59,205 bases of DNA from a virus (IMGVR_UViG_3300032242_000711:1-59205); one strand, 5' to 3'. Positions 25,898 through 35,274 are shown, numbered from the stretch's first letter. Numbers and translations: made by a program. The notes: generated from the sequence alone by a model not told the origin.

Positions 25898-26743
25898 ATG
25901 TTGAATCTGAAATTAAACGACAAAGTGTCCCCCACCATCGTCAGTATCTTGACGGAGTTCCGGCGGTCTCAAGTGAGCCGCTTCCCAATAGAAGTTGAGG
26001 CGCATGAAAACGATGCTTGCAAGGTACGGTTTGTAGATTCGCGGTTCCCAAACAACTCTTGGAGATTACACAACGTGTTGGCCAAGCTAGACATAGTGGA
26101 CTATGACAAACACAACAAGCCTGTATTCCAGATCACGTGCCGGTTGATTAACAACGAGAAGTACGTATCATACAACGAGTTATACAACACCAAAGAAACT
26201 AGCGATCCCAAGAAGCTGTTGAAGCTGTTGAAAGATTACGTCAAGCCGTACTCTGCACAAGAAATTGCGCACAAGAGTTATGAGGCTATAGATTTAAAGT
26301 TCAGTGCATGGACACATGAACCCTCTGAATTGTTTCAGGAGTGCACCCGGGGACTGACACGTAGCGACATAGCTGAAGAAGTTATACGGTTAAAGATGGC
26401 AGGGGTACAGTTCCACACAGAGAAGTTCCAGAGGGTTGCCGAGGAAGGGCTTGAGCATTACTACGAATCCAAGCGCCGCGCGAGTATAAAAAGTTGCAAG
26501 ACCCATGTGCTTGTGCAACCCGATTCGTCCGTGGTCATTACGACCCTGCCAAATGGGGCAGTGGAAACAGGCAACGCTACGTATGAAAACATGGAGACCG
26601 TACCGGTAGCCATACAGCAAGCTGTTGCTATGTTGCGCATGGTTGAGGCAAATACATTCGTTCCTGAGACAGGTATGAAAGTCAGCGACAACCGTTTTTG
26701 GGTTGAGGTAAACCCCGAGGAATTTAATTATTCAAACACTTGA
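25898..26743 (+). CDS. hypothetical protein
   Basis: 281 aa, AAGGAG RBS. Confidence 0.8.
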   Translation: MLNLKLNDKVSPTIVSILTEFRRSQVSRFPIEVEAHENDACKVRFVDSRFPNNSWRLHNVLAKLDIVDYDKHNKPVFQITCRLINNEKYVSYNELYNTKETSDPKKLLKLLKDYVKPYSAQEIAHKSYEAIDLKFSAWTHEPSELFQECTRGLTRSDIAEEVIRLKMAGVQFHTEKFQRVAEEGLEHYYESKRRASIKSCKTHVLVQPDSSVVITTLPNGAVETGNATYENMETVPVAIQQAVAMLRMVEANTFVPETGMKVSDNRFWVEVNPEEFNYSNT

Positions 26744-26768
26744 CAAACCTATAAGAGTCCTATATATT
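26740..26768 (+). promoter_or_regulatory. sigma70 promoter
   Basis: TTGACA-17-TATATT. Confidence 0.8.
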
Positions 26769-26774
26769 ATGGAC

Positions 26775-27050
26775 ATGAACAGAAGATTTGTAGCGCAAGT
26801 GCGTGTTAACGAGGATGGTGAAATTTTGTACGTCTTGGCTTTGGACAACGAGTCCCTTGCCGTGAGACCGATTGAGCCTAGCAAAGCACCTGAGTTTCTT
26901 GTTGAGCGCGTTGCGCTGTTGCGCCTTTGTGAAATCAGCCCCGAGGAAGGAGAAGCTATCGGAAGAAAATTTTCAATGGAACGTTTTAATGTGTACTTGT
27001 CATTCGATGAGTACAAACAACTAATTGATTTAATCGGAGTGCAAAAGTGA
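26775..27050 (+). CDS. hypothetical protein, possibly leaderless
   Basis: ATG at 26775 lies 7 nt after the -10 box; no SD sequence. Confidence 0.65.
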   Translation: MNRRFVAQVRVNEDGEILYVLALDNESLAVRPIEPSKAPEFLVERVALLRLCEISPEEGEAIGRKFSMERFNVYLSFDEYKQLIDLIGVQK

Positions 27051-27481
27051 AACACAAAAATTCTATTCCCCAACGCATCATGCGTGTGCTTGAAAGCCAC
27101 AGCATTGATGGCATGAAGCTGGCCGAAGTTGCCGATGCTTTAAAGGTAGACAATACAAAAATCTACGCCCCCATGTGGAAACTCAAAACCACAGGCAAGG
27201 TCAGTCTGAAGGATCACTATTACAGATTAACAACTGTTAATAAGCCTGATGCCCAAGAGTTGCCAATCACCATGCAAGAAGAACCACAGGACGAACCTGC
27301 TGACAATTCGGTTGCTACACACAAGCGCTTGATCGTGAAGCTACGCAAAGAAATTGAGTCTCTGAACGAGGCCAACAAGAAGTTGGGAGCAGACTGGCGC
27401 AATGCCCGTGAATCTTCCCTCCACTATGAGCGCTTGTATTTGGATACGCTTGCTGTTGTCAAGTACCTAGAATCCAAGTAA
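27047..27481 (+). CDS. winged-HTH plus coiled-coil protein
   Basis: IMRVL...GMKLAEVADAL......IY....KL...GKV pattern. Confidence 0.6.
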   Translation: MKHKNSIPQRIMRVLESHSIDGMKLAEVADALKVDNTKIYAPMWKLKTTGKVSLKDHYYRLTTVNKPDAQELPITMQEEPQDEPADNSVATHKRLIVKLRKEIESLNEANKKLGADWRNARESSLHYERLYLDTLAVVKYLESK

Positions 27482-27832
27482 ATGGCAACACCCGAGGCAA
27501 AAGTCAAGGCATTAGTGAAACGTGTGCTTACGAAGCACGGTGCCTACTTCTTCATGCCAGCTACACATGGATACGGTTCATCCGGTGTCCCTGATATTGT
27601 GGCTTGCATGAGGGGTAGGTTCATTGGTGTCGAGTGCAAAGCAAATGGCGGCAAGCCCACAGCCCTCCAGATGAAGAACCTGATGCAGATCGTTGACCAC
27701 GGCGGCATTGCGTTACTTGTTGATGAGACAGGTATTGGTGTGCTTGATATGCTATTCAGCACTTGGAACGACAACGGCATGCCTCCACAGGGATACATCT
27801 CCGAGTTGTTGAAAAAAAGCCATGAGAAGTAA
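27482..27832 (+). CDS. VRR-NUC domain endonuclease
   Basis: TPE.KVK...GVPDI.....G.FIGVECK.....PT.LQ. Confidence 0.88.
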   Translation: MATPEAKVKALVKRVLTKHGAYFFMPATHGYGSSGVPDIVACMRGRFIGVECKANGGKPTALQMKNLMQIVDHGGIALLVDETGIGVLDMLFSTWNDNGMPPQGYISELLKKSHEK

Positions 27833-28031
27833 ACCCACAGATGGCACAGCACGAAGACTACTACGCATCATGCAAGGCAAATACGCAATGTCTGTGCATG
27901 ATGTTGCTAGGAATTTAAAGATCAGCACCCGACACGCATGGCGGTTCATCAGCCACCTTGAAGCAGAGGGTCTTATCTATCTACGATACCGGCAACGGTG
28001 TAACTATTACGCAATCAGGAGAAACAAATGA
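27822..28031 (+). CDS. small HTH DNA-binding protein
   Basis: MSVHDVARNLKISTRHAWRFISHLEAEGLI. Confidence 0.7.
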   Translation: MRSKPTDGTARRLLRIMQGKYAMSVHDVARNLKISTRHAWRFISHLEAEGLIYLRYRQRCNYYAIRRNK

Positions 28032-28330
28032 AGTTGGACAAATTGGCACAAGGTATAGCCCTCGCCCGATGGCAATTCAATCTGGACGCCACGGACATCT
28101 TGGTGCTGGACTATGCGGCAAGCGCAATCAAAGAGCGCAAGAGCGTAACTATCATGGAAATTGTGGATCAGTCGGGCATCGCGTCACCGGCAACCATCCA
28201 CGCAAGGATCAAGCAGCTATGCGACCAGCGCTACTTTGACAAGATCGCGCACCCGACCAACATGCGATACAAGATGTTGGAATTTGGACCTGCGTACACG
28301 CGGTTCATCGAAGGACTAAAAGGAGTTTGA
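28028..28330 (+). CDS. MarR-like winged-HTH protein
   Basis: TIMEI......SPATIHARIKQL......K......R.K.L. Confidence 0.65.
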   Translation: MKLDKLAQGIALARWQFNLDATDILVLDYAASAIKERKSVTIMEIVDQSGIASPATIHARIKQLCDQRYFDKIAHPTNMRYKMLEFGPAYTRFIEGLKGV

Positions 28331-28331
28331 C

Positions 28332-28616
28332 ATGGCAGAACACAACAACGCGCCGGTAGATACCGAGGCTGTTTTAAAAGATATGTTTGACCAAGTAACC
28401 AAAGAAGTCACCAATGGTTTAGACGATGACTCTGTTGAGGTTGCGACCATACTGGATAGCAAGATCAATGAGCGTATTGATGCAATATTTAGGCATCATT
28501 GGAATACAAGGTTGCGCAGTTATATAAACGCACGTATCTCTGAAGAAATTGCAGAGCAAGCAATGCTATTGGGCAAACGCTTGGGTCAACTAAATGGAAG
28601 CCGAGGTGAATTATGA
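28332..28616 (+). CDS. hypothetical protein
   Basis: 94 aa, AAGGAG RBS. Confidence 0.65.
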   Translation: MAEHNNAPVDTEAVLKDMFDQVTKEVTNGLDDDSVEVATILDSKINERIDAIFRHHWNTRLRSYINARISEEIAEQAMLLGKRLGQLNGSRGEL

Positions 28617-28924
28617 GCGAAGAAAAATTTTCAGGTGTTGATACGTTGGTCGAGCGCATGAAAACGCACCCCGAGGAGTTCTTTGAGACTGGCGATAAAC
28701 GAGGCCGTTGGTCGTTCGTGTACAAGGATTACTTCAGAGACGCGATGACCGAGATCGAGAAAGGTCGCTTGCATGAAGCCCTCAAGACTGTGCGCCGCAT
28801 GGAGTTCGATGCGATGGTGGTCAAAGAGTTGATGAAGGAAGAGCTAACCGAAGAAACAGTTGCAAATGAACTGTCGAATTTTGGTAAGGCAGTTGCCAAA
28901 GGTCAAGGCCAGAAAGTGAAGTGA
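28613..28924 (+). CDS. hypothetical protein
   Basis: GV..L.ERMKTHPEEF motif; ATGA-coupled. Confidence 0.7.
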   Translation: MSEEKFSGVDTLVERMKTHPEEFFETGDKRGRWSFVYKDYFRDAMTEIEKGRLHEALKTVRRMEFDAMVVKELMKEELTEETVANELSNFGKAVAKGQGQKVK

Positions 28925-28926
28925 TA

Positions 28927-29367
28927 ATGAAATTCATAGAAAAAGTTTACCGCAGGTTTTGCGCAGATGAGGTTAAGCTGATGCTTGACCACATGGAAGA
29001 TAACTATGCTGATTTTGAAAGCGTCCTCAACCATTGGTCTGACATAGTTGACTCTAACGAATACACTGCTGTGGAGAGAGCCGCAATTAACCTTGCACGC
29101 AAACGACTACGCAAAGATGCAAAACGTCAGAGGTTGCTTGCAGACATTCTTACTCAGAAGCTCAACCCCAAGCAATCTCGAAGGGAAGAAATAGAGCAGG
29201 GTAGAAAATATGCAAGTGCATTGCATAGCAAAATACTAGCAGGCCAACAAAATATGTACAACAATCAACTTGCGCAATACGCTCAGCAGCAACACCAACA
29301 ACACATACAAACGCATGAAGAATACGCAAGGCAACAAGCGAACATGCTATACGGCAAACAACCATGA
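28927..29367 (+). CDS. hypothetical protein with Gln-rich tail
   Basis: ORF coupled to the polymerase start. Confidence 0.65.
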   Translation: MKFIEKVYRRFCADEVKLMLDHMEDNYADFESVLNHWSDIVDSNEYTAVERAAINLARKRLRKDAKRQRLLADILTQKLNPKQSRREEIEQGRKYASALHSKILAGQQNMYNNQLAQYAQQQHQQHIQTHEEYARQQANMLYGKQP

Positions 29368-31205
29368 ACGTAATCACAATCGACTTTGAGACGTATTACA
29401 GCAAGGACTTTGGGTTCAAGACCCATACCACTGAAGAGTACGTGCGCGGGGACCAGTTTGAAGTTATCGGTGTATCTGTTGCCGTTGGCGATGCTGATCC
29501 TGTATGGTTCAGTGGGTCTGATGAAGACACACGACAATTTCTTATGCAGTTCAATTGGGCAGGCTCATTTGTGCTGGCTCACAACACGCAGTTTGATGGA
29601 GCAATTCTGTCGTGGCGTTACGGCATCAAACCAAAAGGCTGGCTGGACACACTGTGCATGGCACGTGCGATCCACGGTGTCGATGCGGGTGGTAGCTTAA
29701 AAATCCTAGCCGAGCAATACCATATCGGTGTCAAAGGTACTGAGGTGGTAAATGCGTTGGGCTTGCGCCGCAAAGACTTTCCCGAGGATCAGTTGGCGCA
29801 GTATGGCGAGTACTGCAAAAACGATGTGGAGTTGACGCGCACTTTGTTTCACAGGTTCATGCTGCCGGGAGTTGGTGAAGGCTTTCCTGTAAAGGAGTTA
29901 AAGGTTATTGACTGCACCTTGCGTATGTTTGTGGAACCCACACTGACGCTTGACTTGTCGATGCTGGAGGCGCACCTTGAGGGAGTCAAAGCCAAGAAGG
30001 CAACCTTGCTTGAAGCGGCGGCGGCAGACAAAGATACGTTGATGTCTAACGACAAGTTTGCAGAACTGCTGACCAAGCTCAACGTTGTGCCCCCTCAGAA
30101 AACAAGCCTGAGAACTGGCAAGAAAGCATGGGCATTTGCCAAGACCGATGAGGAGTTCAAAGCCCTCTTAGATCACCCCGATCCAAGGGTGCAAGCAGTG
30201 GTGGGCGCTCGGTTGGGAACCAAGACCACGTTGGAAGAAACACGTACACAACGCTTTATAGATATAGCCAAGCGTGGCCCTCTTCCAGTGCCTATCAAAT
30301 ACTATGCCGCACACACCGGAAGGTGGGGTGGGGACGACAAGATCAACTTGCAGAATTTGCCAAGTCGTGGGCAGAATGGTGGCAAGTTGAAACGAGCAAT
30401 TCAAGCCCCAGAAGGTTACGTCATCATCGACTCGGACTCATCACAGATTGAGGCGAGAACAGTTGCGTGGCTTGCGGGACAAACCGATTTGGTGGAGGCA
30501 TTTGAAAATGGGCATGACGTCTACAAGATCATGGCTACTGCTATATATGGCAAGGGGATTGAAGAAATCTCAAAAGAAGAAAGGTTCGTTGGTAAGACAA
30601 CAATTCTTGGCGCGGGGTATGGCATGGGAGCGCTCAAGTTCCAAACGCAACTCCAGACGTTTGGCGTTAATGTTACGTTGGATGAGTGTCAAAGGATTAT
30701 CAGTGTTTACAGATCGACTTATGACAAGATACCTGCGCTATGGCGACAAGGCCAAACTTGCATCGAAGCGATTGTTACAAACAGAGCGGCGACATTCGGA
30801 AACGTAAACGCAGTTCATTTTGATGCAACCCGCAAAGGGTTCCTTTTGCCAAGCGGTCTGTGGCAACGCTACGAAGGGTTGTACACAACAAGCACCCCAG
30901 AAAGCCGCACAGAGTACTGGTACAAAACACGCAAAGGCCCAGTGCGCATCTACGGCGGCAAGGTCGTTGAGAACATCTGTCAAGCTGTTGCAAGGTGTGT
31001 GATCGCTGAGCAGATGCTGTTGATTAGCAAACGGTACAAGGTTGTGCTGACGGTGCATGATGCCGTGGCCTGTATCGCCCCTGAAGCCCAAGCCAAGGAA
31101 GCGCAAGATTATGTTGAGCAATGTATGCGCTATCGACCAGAGTGGTGCAAGACGTTACCTCTCAACTGTGAATCGGGTGTCGGACAAAGTTATGGCGACT
31201 GTTAA
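29364..31205 (+). CDS. polA: DNA polymerase family A with 3'-5' exonuclease
   Basis: IDFET, AHN..FD, Y...DV (exonuclease); TGRW, NLQN, DSSQIEAR (motif A), R..GKTTILGAGYG (motif B), VHD (motif C). Confidence 0.95.
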   Translation: MNVITIDFETYYSKDFGFKTHTTEEYVRGDQFEVIGVSVAVGDADPVWFSGSDEDTRQFLMQFNWAGSFVLAHNTQFDGAILSWRYGIKPKGWLDTLCMARAIHGVDAGGSLKILAEQYHIGVKGTEVVNALGLRRKDFPEDQLAQYGEYCKNDVELTRTLFHRFMLPGVGEGFPVKELKVIDCTLRMFVEPTLTLDLSMLEAHLEGVKAKKATLLEAAAADKDTLMSNDKFAELLTKLNVVPPQKTSLRTGKKAWAFAKTDEEFKALLDHPDPRVQAVVGARLGTKTTLEETRTQRFIDIAKRGPLPVPIKYYAAHTGRWGGDDKINLQNLPSRGQNGGKLKRAIQAPEGYVIIDSDSSQIEARTVAWLAGQTDLVEAFENGHDVYKIMATAIYGKGIEEISKEERFVGKTTILGAGYGMGALKFQTQLQTFGVNVTLDECQRIISVYRSTYDKIPALWRQGQTCIEAIVTNRAATFGNVNAVHFDATRKGFLLPSGLWQRYEGLYTTSTPESRTEYWYKTRKGPVRIYGGKVVENICQAVARCVIAEQMLLISKRYKVVLTVHDAVACIAPEAQAKEAQDYVEQCMRYRPEWCKTLPLNCESGVGQSYGDC

Positions 31206-31452
31206 ATTAACCAAGTGGCACGATGACATACGAGACGTATTGAAGCAGTCAGAGGACGGACTTACAATCAGCGAAATATCGTCAAAGTTGTTGCTTGACG
31301 AAGATAATTTGCGCATCTCAATACGTTCTATATTCGGCGTGTACATTGACCGTTGGAGTGGCCCCCATCGAGGGCAGTATGCGGCTATCTACATGTGCGC
31401 TGAAGTGCCAGAAAACGCACCCAAACCGGAGAAGAAAAATGAACGAGCATGA
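31192..31452 (+). CDS. HTH-like protein
   Basis: IRDVL....DGLTISEI...YIDRW. Confidence 0.6.
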   Translation: MATVKLTKWHDDIRDVLKQSEDGLTISEISSKLLLDEDNLRISIRSIFGVYIDRWSGPHRGQYAAIYMCAEVPENAPKPEKKNERA

Positions 31453-31657
31453 AGATAACTTACGCGACCTTGCATCCATGTTTGCGATGGCGGGTCTGCT
31501 GATGAATAACGAAAATTACTCTATGCCAGAAGTTGTGGACAAAGCACATCAGCTTGCTGAGTACTGGATGAACGCCCGAAACCGAGAATCACTTGAAGAC
31601 CAAGGCATAGCCGTACTCAAACCCAAAAGGAAATATGAGCGAAAAACAACCGATTAA
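31439..31657 (+). CDS. hypothetical protein
   Basis: LRDLASMFAMAGLL...A..M..R; GGAG RBS. Confidence 0.65.
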   Translation: MNEHEDNLRDLASMFAMAGLLMNNENYSMPEVVDKAHQLAEYWMNARNRESLEDQGIAVLKPKRKYERKTTD

Positions 31658-32324
31658 ATACACGTGGTCGTATTCCTCCATTGACCTGTTCAAGCAGTGC
31701 CCGCAAAAGTACTTTCGTTTGCGCGTCCTCAAAGATGTTAAGGAGCCTGAGTCTGATGCCATGCGTTACGGCACTGCCGTACACAAAGTGGCCGAGGACT
31801 ACATCCGAGAAGGCACGCCCATACCAGAGCAATATGCGTTCATGCGTGAGCCGTTGGAGTCTTTGAAAAATTGTGAAGGCACGCACCTGTGCGAACACAA
31901 GATGGGATTGACGAAAGGGTTAGAGCCTTGCGACTTCTACGACAAAGATGTTTGGTGGCGCGGCATCGCTGACCTGATTATTCTTCAAGGCGAAGTGGCG
32001 CGGGTTGTGGACTACAAGACAGGCAAGTCAAGCAAGTATGCAGACACCAAGCAACTTGAGTTGATGGCGCTGTCGATCTTCAAGCATTTCCCCCAAGTCA
32101 AGAAGGTCAAGTCCGGTCTGTTGTTTGTGATTGCCAAGGATTTTGTGAAGGCCGACTTCAGTGCGGACAAGCAAGGGGTGCATTGGATGCGCTGGCTGGA
32201 AGACACTGCGCGGTTGGAGAAAGCGTTTGAGGTAAACGTGTGGAACGCACGACCTAACTTCAGTTGCAAAGATTGGTGCGTGGTTAAAGACTGCGTGCAT
32301 AACGGGAAAGGATCGTACCGGTGA
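31635..32324 (+). CDS. PD-(D/E)XK exonuclease (RecB/Cas4-like)
   Basis: WSYSS...F.QCP, GT.VH, RGIAD, DYKTG, QL, C.WC....C. Confidence 0.88.
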   Translation: MSEKQPIKYTWSYSSIDLFKQCPQKYFRLRVLKDVKEPESDAMRYGTAVHKVAEDYIREGTPIPEQYAFMREPLESLKNCEGTHLCEHKMGLTKGLEPCDFYDKDVWWRGIADLIILQGEVARVVDYKTGKSSKYADTKQLELMALSIFKHFPQVKKVKSGLLFVIAKDFVKADFSADKQGVHWMRWLEDTARLEKAFEVNVWNARPNFSCKDWCVVKDCVHNGKGSYR

Positions 32325-32644
32325 CTAAAATTGATGTGAGGCTTGGGCAATTAGGGCCAGATTCCGCCGTGTTTCATGACTTGCGCTACGCAAATGACCG
32401 CGAAGGCGGCAACAATAACGAGACAAAATTGGAAATTCGCAATTTATCAGGCAACACACTTGATGTACAGATTGGTTTCAATGAGCAAAATAAAAACGGC
32501 AAATGGCAATACAAATGGCGGTCGTTAAGCAATGTAGATGGAGTCAGAGTCAAAATTAGCGGGGCGTGCGAGAACGCAGAGTTTCTGAGCATGTTGCAGT
32601 TGATTCTTGAAACTGAGAAAATGGTAGACATCATCAAACCGTGA
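32321..32644 (+). CDS. hypothetical protein
   Basis: 107 aa, GTGA-coupled. Confidence 0.6.
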   Translation: MTKIDVRLGQLGPDSAVFHDLRYANDREGGNNNETKLEIRNLSGNTLDVQIGFNEQNKNGKWQYKWRSLSNVDGVRVKISGACENAEFLSMLQLILETEKMVDIIKP

Positions 32645-32651
32645 GGCCCGT

Positions 32652-32942
32652 ATGGCAACCAAAACCCCCCGCAAGTACGCCCAAGCGGTCAAGTACGAAG
32701 ACACCCCAGAGCAGGTCAAGAACCGCGAGGAACGCAACCGTGCACGGTACAAGTTGTTGAAGGAAGGCAAGGTTCGCAAGGGTGATGGCAAGGACGTTGC
32801 TCATGTGAAGGCCGCTGACAAGGGCGGCACAATCAAAGACGGCGTGCGTGTAGAACCTAAGTCTGTAAATCGTTCTTTCAAGCGCGACAGTAAGGGTAAC
32901 CTCGTATCCGAAACCAGCAAAAAAGAACGTAAACGCGCTTGA
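32652..32942 (+). CDS. small HNH-like basic protein
   Basis: R..RN.AR...KGDGKDVAH.....KGG......NRS; degenerate HNH motif. Confidence 0.6.
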   Translation: MATKTPRKYAQAVKYEDTPEQVKNREERNRARYKLLKEGKVRKGDGKDVAHVKAADKGGTIKDGVRVEPKSVNRSFKRDSKGNLVSETSKKERKRA

Positions 32943-32966
32943 CACGCCGTGTGGTCGGCTTAGAAT
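32939..32966 (+). promoter_or_regulatory. sigma70 promoter
   Basis: TTGACA-16-TAGAAT. Confidence 0.65.
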
Positions 32967-33069
32967 AGCCAGTGAAATAAAAAGAAGCGAGTGACTGCCG
33001 TAAGCGGTCAACCAAACCTGAATGTGAAAAACCCACATTCGGGCTATTTGCTATTGGAGTGCAGATTCA

Positions 33070-33291
33070 ATGACAAGAAATGAGTTCATAGCTTTGTTGA
33101 AATTACAAGATCGGGATTTAATGATGTGCGATGTACACACAACAGTGCACAACGAAAAAGACAACCGATTTGCCGCTGACGTGGTAGATAAGAATTGGAA
33201 TGTTGTGATGAATGGCCCGACCGCAAAAACAAAATCCGCCGCTGTTCAAAGAGCAATCGCCAAATACTACAAGCGCTATGCAAATAATTGA
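33070..33291 (+). CDS. hypothetical protein
   Basis: 73 aa, GGAG RBS. Confidence 0.65.
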   Translation: MTRNEFIALLKLQDRDLMMCDVHTTVHNEKDNRFAADVVDKNWNVVMNGPTAKTKSAAVQRAIAKYYKRYANN

Positions 33292-34825
33292 TAACAAAGC
33301 GCTGTTGCTGAAGGTCAAAGAGCCTACACGCATCACAACCGTTATACCCAAAGCCCGACAAGTTGGTGACAACGAAGTGCTGGTCAAGTGGGGCTTGGAA
33401 GAAGCGCAGGTGCTTAAAAACTTGCGCCTTAAAAACATCCCTTCACCCATCGACGCACACTACAACTGGCCGGGACTCTACAAACCGTTTGCACATCAAC
33501 GCACAACCGCATCGTTCCTGACAATGCACCGCCGTGCTTTTTGCTTCAACGAGCAAGGCACGGGTAAAACATCGAGCGTCATCTGGGCATCTGACTACCT
33601 GATAAACATTGGCATCATTCGGCGCGTCTTGGTTGTGTGCCCCCTGTCGATCATGTCGTCTGCATGGGAGGCTGACTTGTTTAAGTTTGCCATGCACCGC
33701 ACGTGCGCCATCGCACACAGCTATTCAAAAGAGAAGCGTATTGCCGCCGCACGTGGCGAAGCTGAGTATGTGATTTGCAATTTTGATGGGCTTGACATCA
33801 TCAAAGACGAGATCGTCAACGGTGGGTTTGATCTGATTGTAATTGACGAAGCCAATGCATACAAAAACGTATCTACAAAACGGTGGAAAACTTTGAACGC
33901 CATCATTCAGCCTGACATGTGGGTATGGATGCTGACCGGCACCCCCGCATCGCAGTCGCCTACTGATGCGTATGGCTTGGCTAAGATCATCAACCCATCG
34001 GGCGTGCCTCGGTTCTTTGGTGCGTTCCGCGATCAAGTCATGACCAAGATCACGCAGTTCAAATGGATTCCAAAAAAGTCTTCAGAGAACACGGTGCACG
34101 AAGCCTTGCAACCCGCCATCAGGTTCACAAAGGACGAGTGCCTTGACTTGCCTGACATGACGTACACAACTCGGGAAGTCCCTCTAACGCCACAGCAACA
34201 GAAGTTTTACGAAACCCTACGCAAGAACATGATGGCCGTGGCCGCTGGCGAAGAGATAACAACTGTTAATGCGGCGGCAAACCTTAACAAGCTGCTTCAG
34301 TTGTCGTGTGGCGCAGTCTATTCGGACAATGGTGAAACCATTTCGTTTGATGCCAAGACTCGCATGACCGCACTGCTTGAGGTCATTGAAGAAGCAAGCC
34401 ACAAGGTCATTGTGTTTGCCCCCTTTCGACATGCCATTGAGATCATCGCTGAAGAACTTAAGGTAAACAAGATACCGTGCGAAGTCATACACGGTGGCGT
34501 CAACGTCAACAAACGCACGGAGGTGTTCGCTAAATTTCAATCTGAGAAAGACCCGCAAGTATTGGTCATCCAGCCGCAAGCCGCCGCGCACGGAGTTACG
34601 CTCCACGCCGCCAACGTTGTGGTGTGGTGGGGGCCAATCACATCAACAGAAACATATCTACAAGCCAACGCACGTGTGCATCGTGCTGGCCAACGCAACC
34701 CCTGTACGGTTGTGCACATTCAAGGCAGCCCCGTGGAGAAACGCATCTACGCCATGCTGTCGGAAAAAGTGGACATCCATACAAGGCTGATCGACCTCTA
34801 CAAAAATATTGTCGAAACCACTTGA
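33278..34825 (+). CDS. SNF2-family (SF2) helicase
   Basis: EQGTGKT, VVCPLS, DEAN, LTGTP, HGVTL, QANARVHRAGQ. Confidence 0.92.
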   Translation: MQIIDNKALLLKVKEPTRITTVIPKARQVGDNEVLVKWGLEEAQVLKNLRLKNIPSPIDAHYNWPGLYKPFAHQRTTASFLTMHRRAFCFNEQGTGKTSSVIWASDYLINIGIIRRVLVVCPLSIMSSAWEADLFKFAMHRTCAIAHSYSKEKRIAAARGEAEYVICNFDGLDIIKDEIVNGGFDLIVIDEANAYKNVSTKRWKTLNAIIQPDMWVWMLTGTPASQSPTDAYGLAKIINPSGVPRFFGAFRDQVMTKITQFKWIPKKSSENTVHEALQPAIRFTKDECLDLPDMTYTTREVPLTPQQQKFYETLRKNMMAVAAGEEITTVNAAANLNKLLQLSCGAVYSDNGETISFDAKTRMTALLEVIEEASHKVIVFAPFRHAIEIIAEELKVNKIPCEVIHGGVNVNKRTEVFAKFQSEKDPQVLVIQPQAAAHGVTLHAANVVVWWGPITSTETYLQANARVHRAGQRNPCTVVHIQGSPVEKRIYAMLSEKVDIHTRLIDLYKNIVETT

Positions 34826-34849
34826 CAATGTAAATGTAGGCTATATAAT
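34822..34849 (+). promoter_or_regulatory. sigma70 promoter
   Basis: TTGACA-16-TATAAT. Confidence 0.8.
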
Positions 34850-34881
34850 AGTTAGACCTTTTACAAACGAAGGAGAGTGTA

Positions 34882-35265
34882 ATGAGTGAAGAACCAACAG
34901 TTGAAAAGCTGACCCGCATCTACGTCAAGATTCGGGACAAGCGGCGCGAACTTGAGGAAGAAGTTGCCGCACTGAAAGAGAAGCAAGACACCGTTGCCGG
35001 TGAACTGCTTGAAATCTGCAAAGCGCAAGGCGCGTCAACCATCCGTACCGATTACGGCACGGTATCCAAACGGGTCACCAAGAACTACTGGACTAGTGAT
35101 TGGGATTCGTTCTACAAATTCATCAAAGACCATGATGCCTTTTCGTTGATGTTCCAACGAATCAACTCCGCGAACATGGCTCAGTTCCTTGAAGAAAATC
35201 CCGATTTACTACCGCCGGGACTCAATGCGGAAGTAAACCAAACCATCACCATTTTGAAACGCTAA
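34882..35265 (+). CDS. replication-module coiled-coil protein
   Basis: Y.KIRD...T..GT.......DW..F..F.........PPG pattern; AAGGAG RBS. Confidence 0.7.
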   Translation: MSEEPTVEKLTRIYVKIRDKRRELEEEVAALKEKQDTVAGELLEICKAQGASTIRTDYGTVSKRVTKNYWTSDWDSFYKFIKDHDAFSLMFQRINSANMAQFLEENPDLLPPGLNAEVNQTITILKR

Positions 35266-35274
35266 GGAGAAACC

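Larger units (their letters stand above)
15640..27240. repeat. dispersed palindrome TTAAC-N3/4-GTTAA (10 exact copies)
   Basis: N4 at 16093, 16847, 17996, 19220, 20330, 21760, 22880, 27227; N3 at 15640, 16368. Confidence 0.9.

Noticed and set aside
25732-25998. 88-aa ORF in the track
   Set aside because: No RBS and overlaps the 25898 gene; the 25703-25876 frame fits the operon better.
31635-32324. cas4 as part of a CRISPR system
   Set aside because: Stand-alone PD-(D/E)XK nuclease in a replication module, common in phages.
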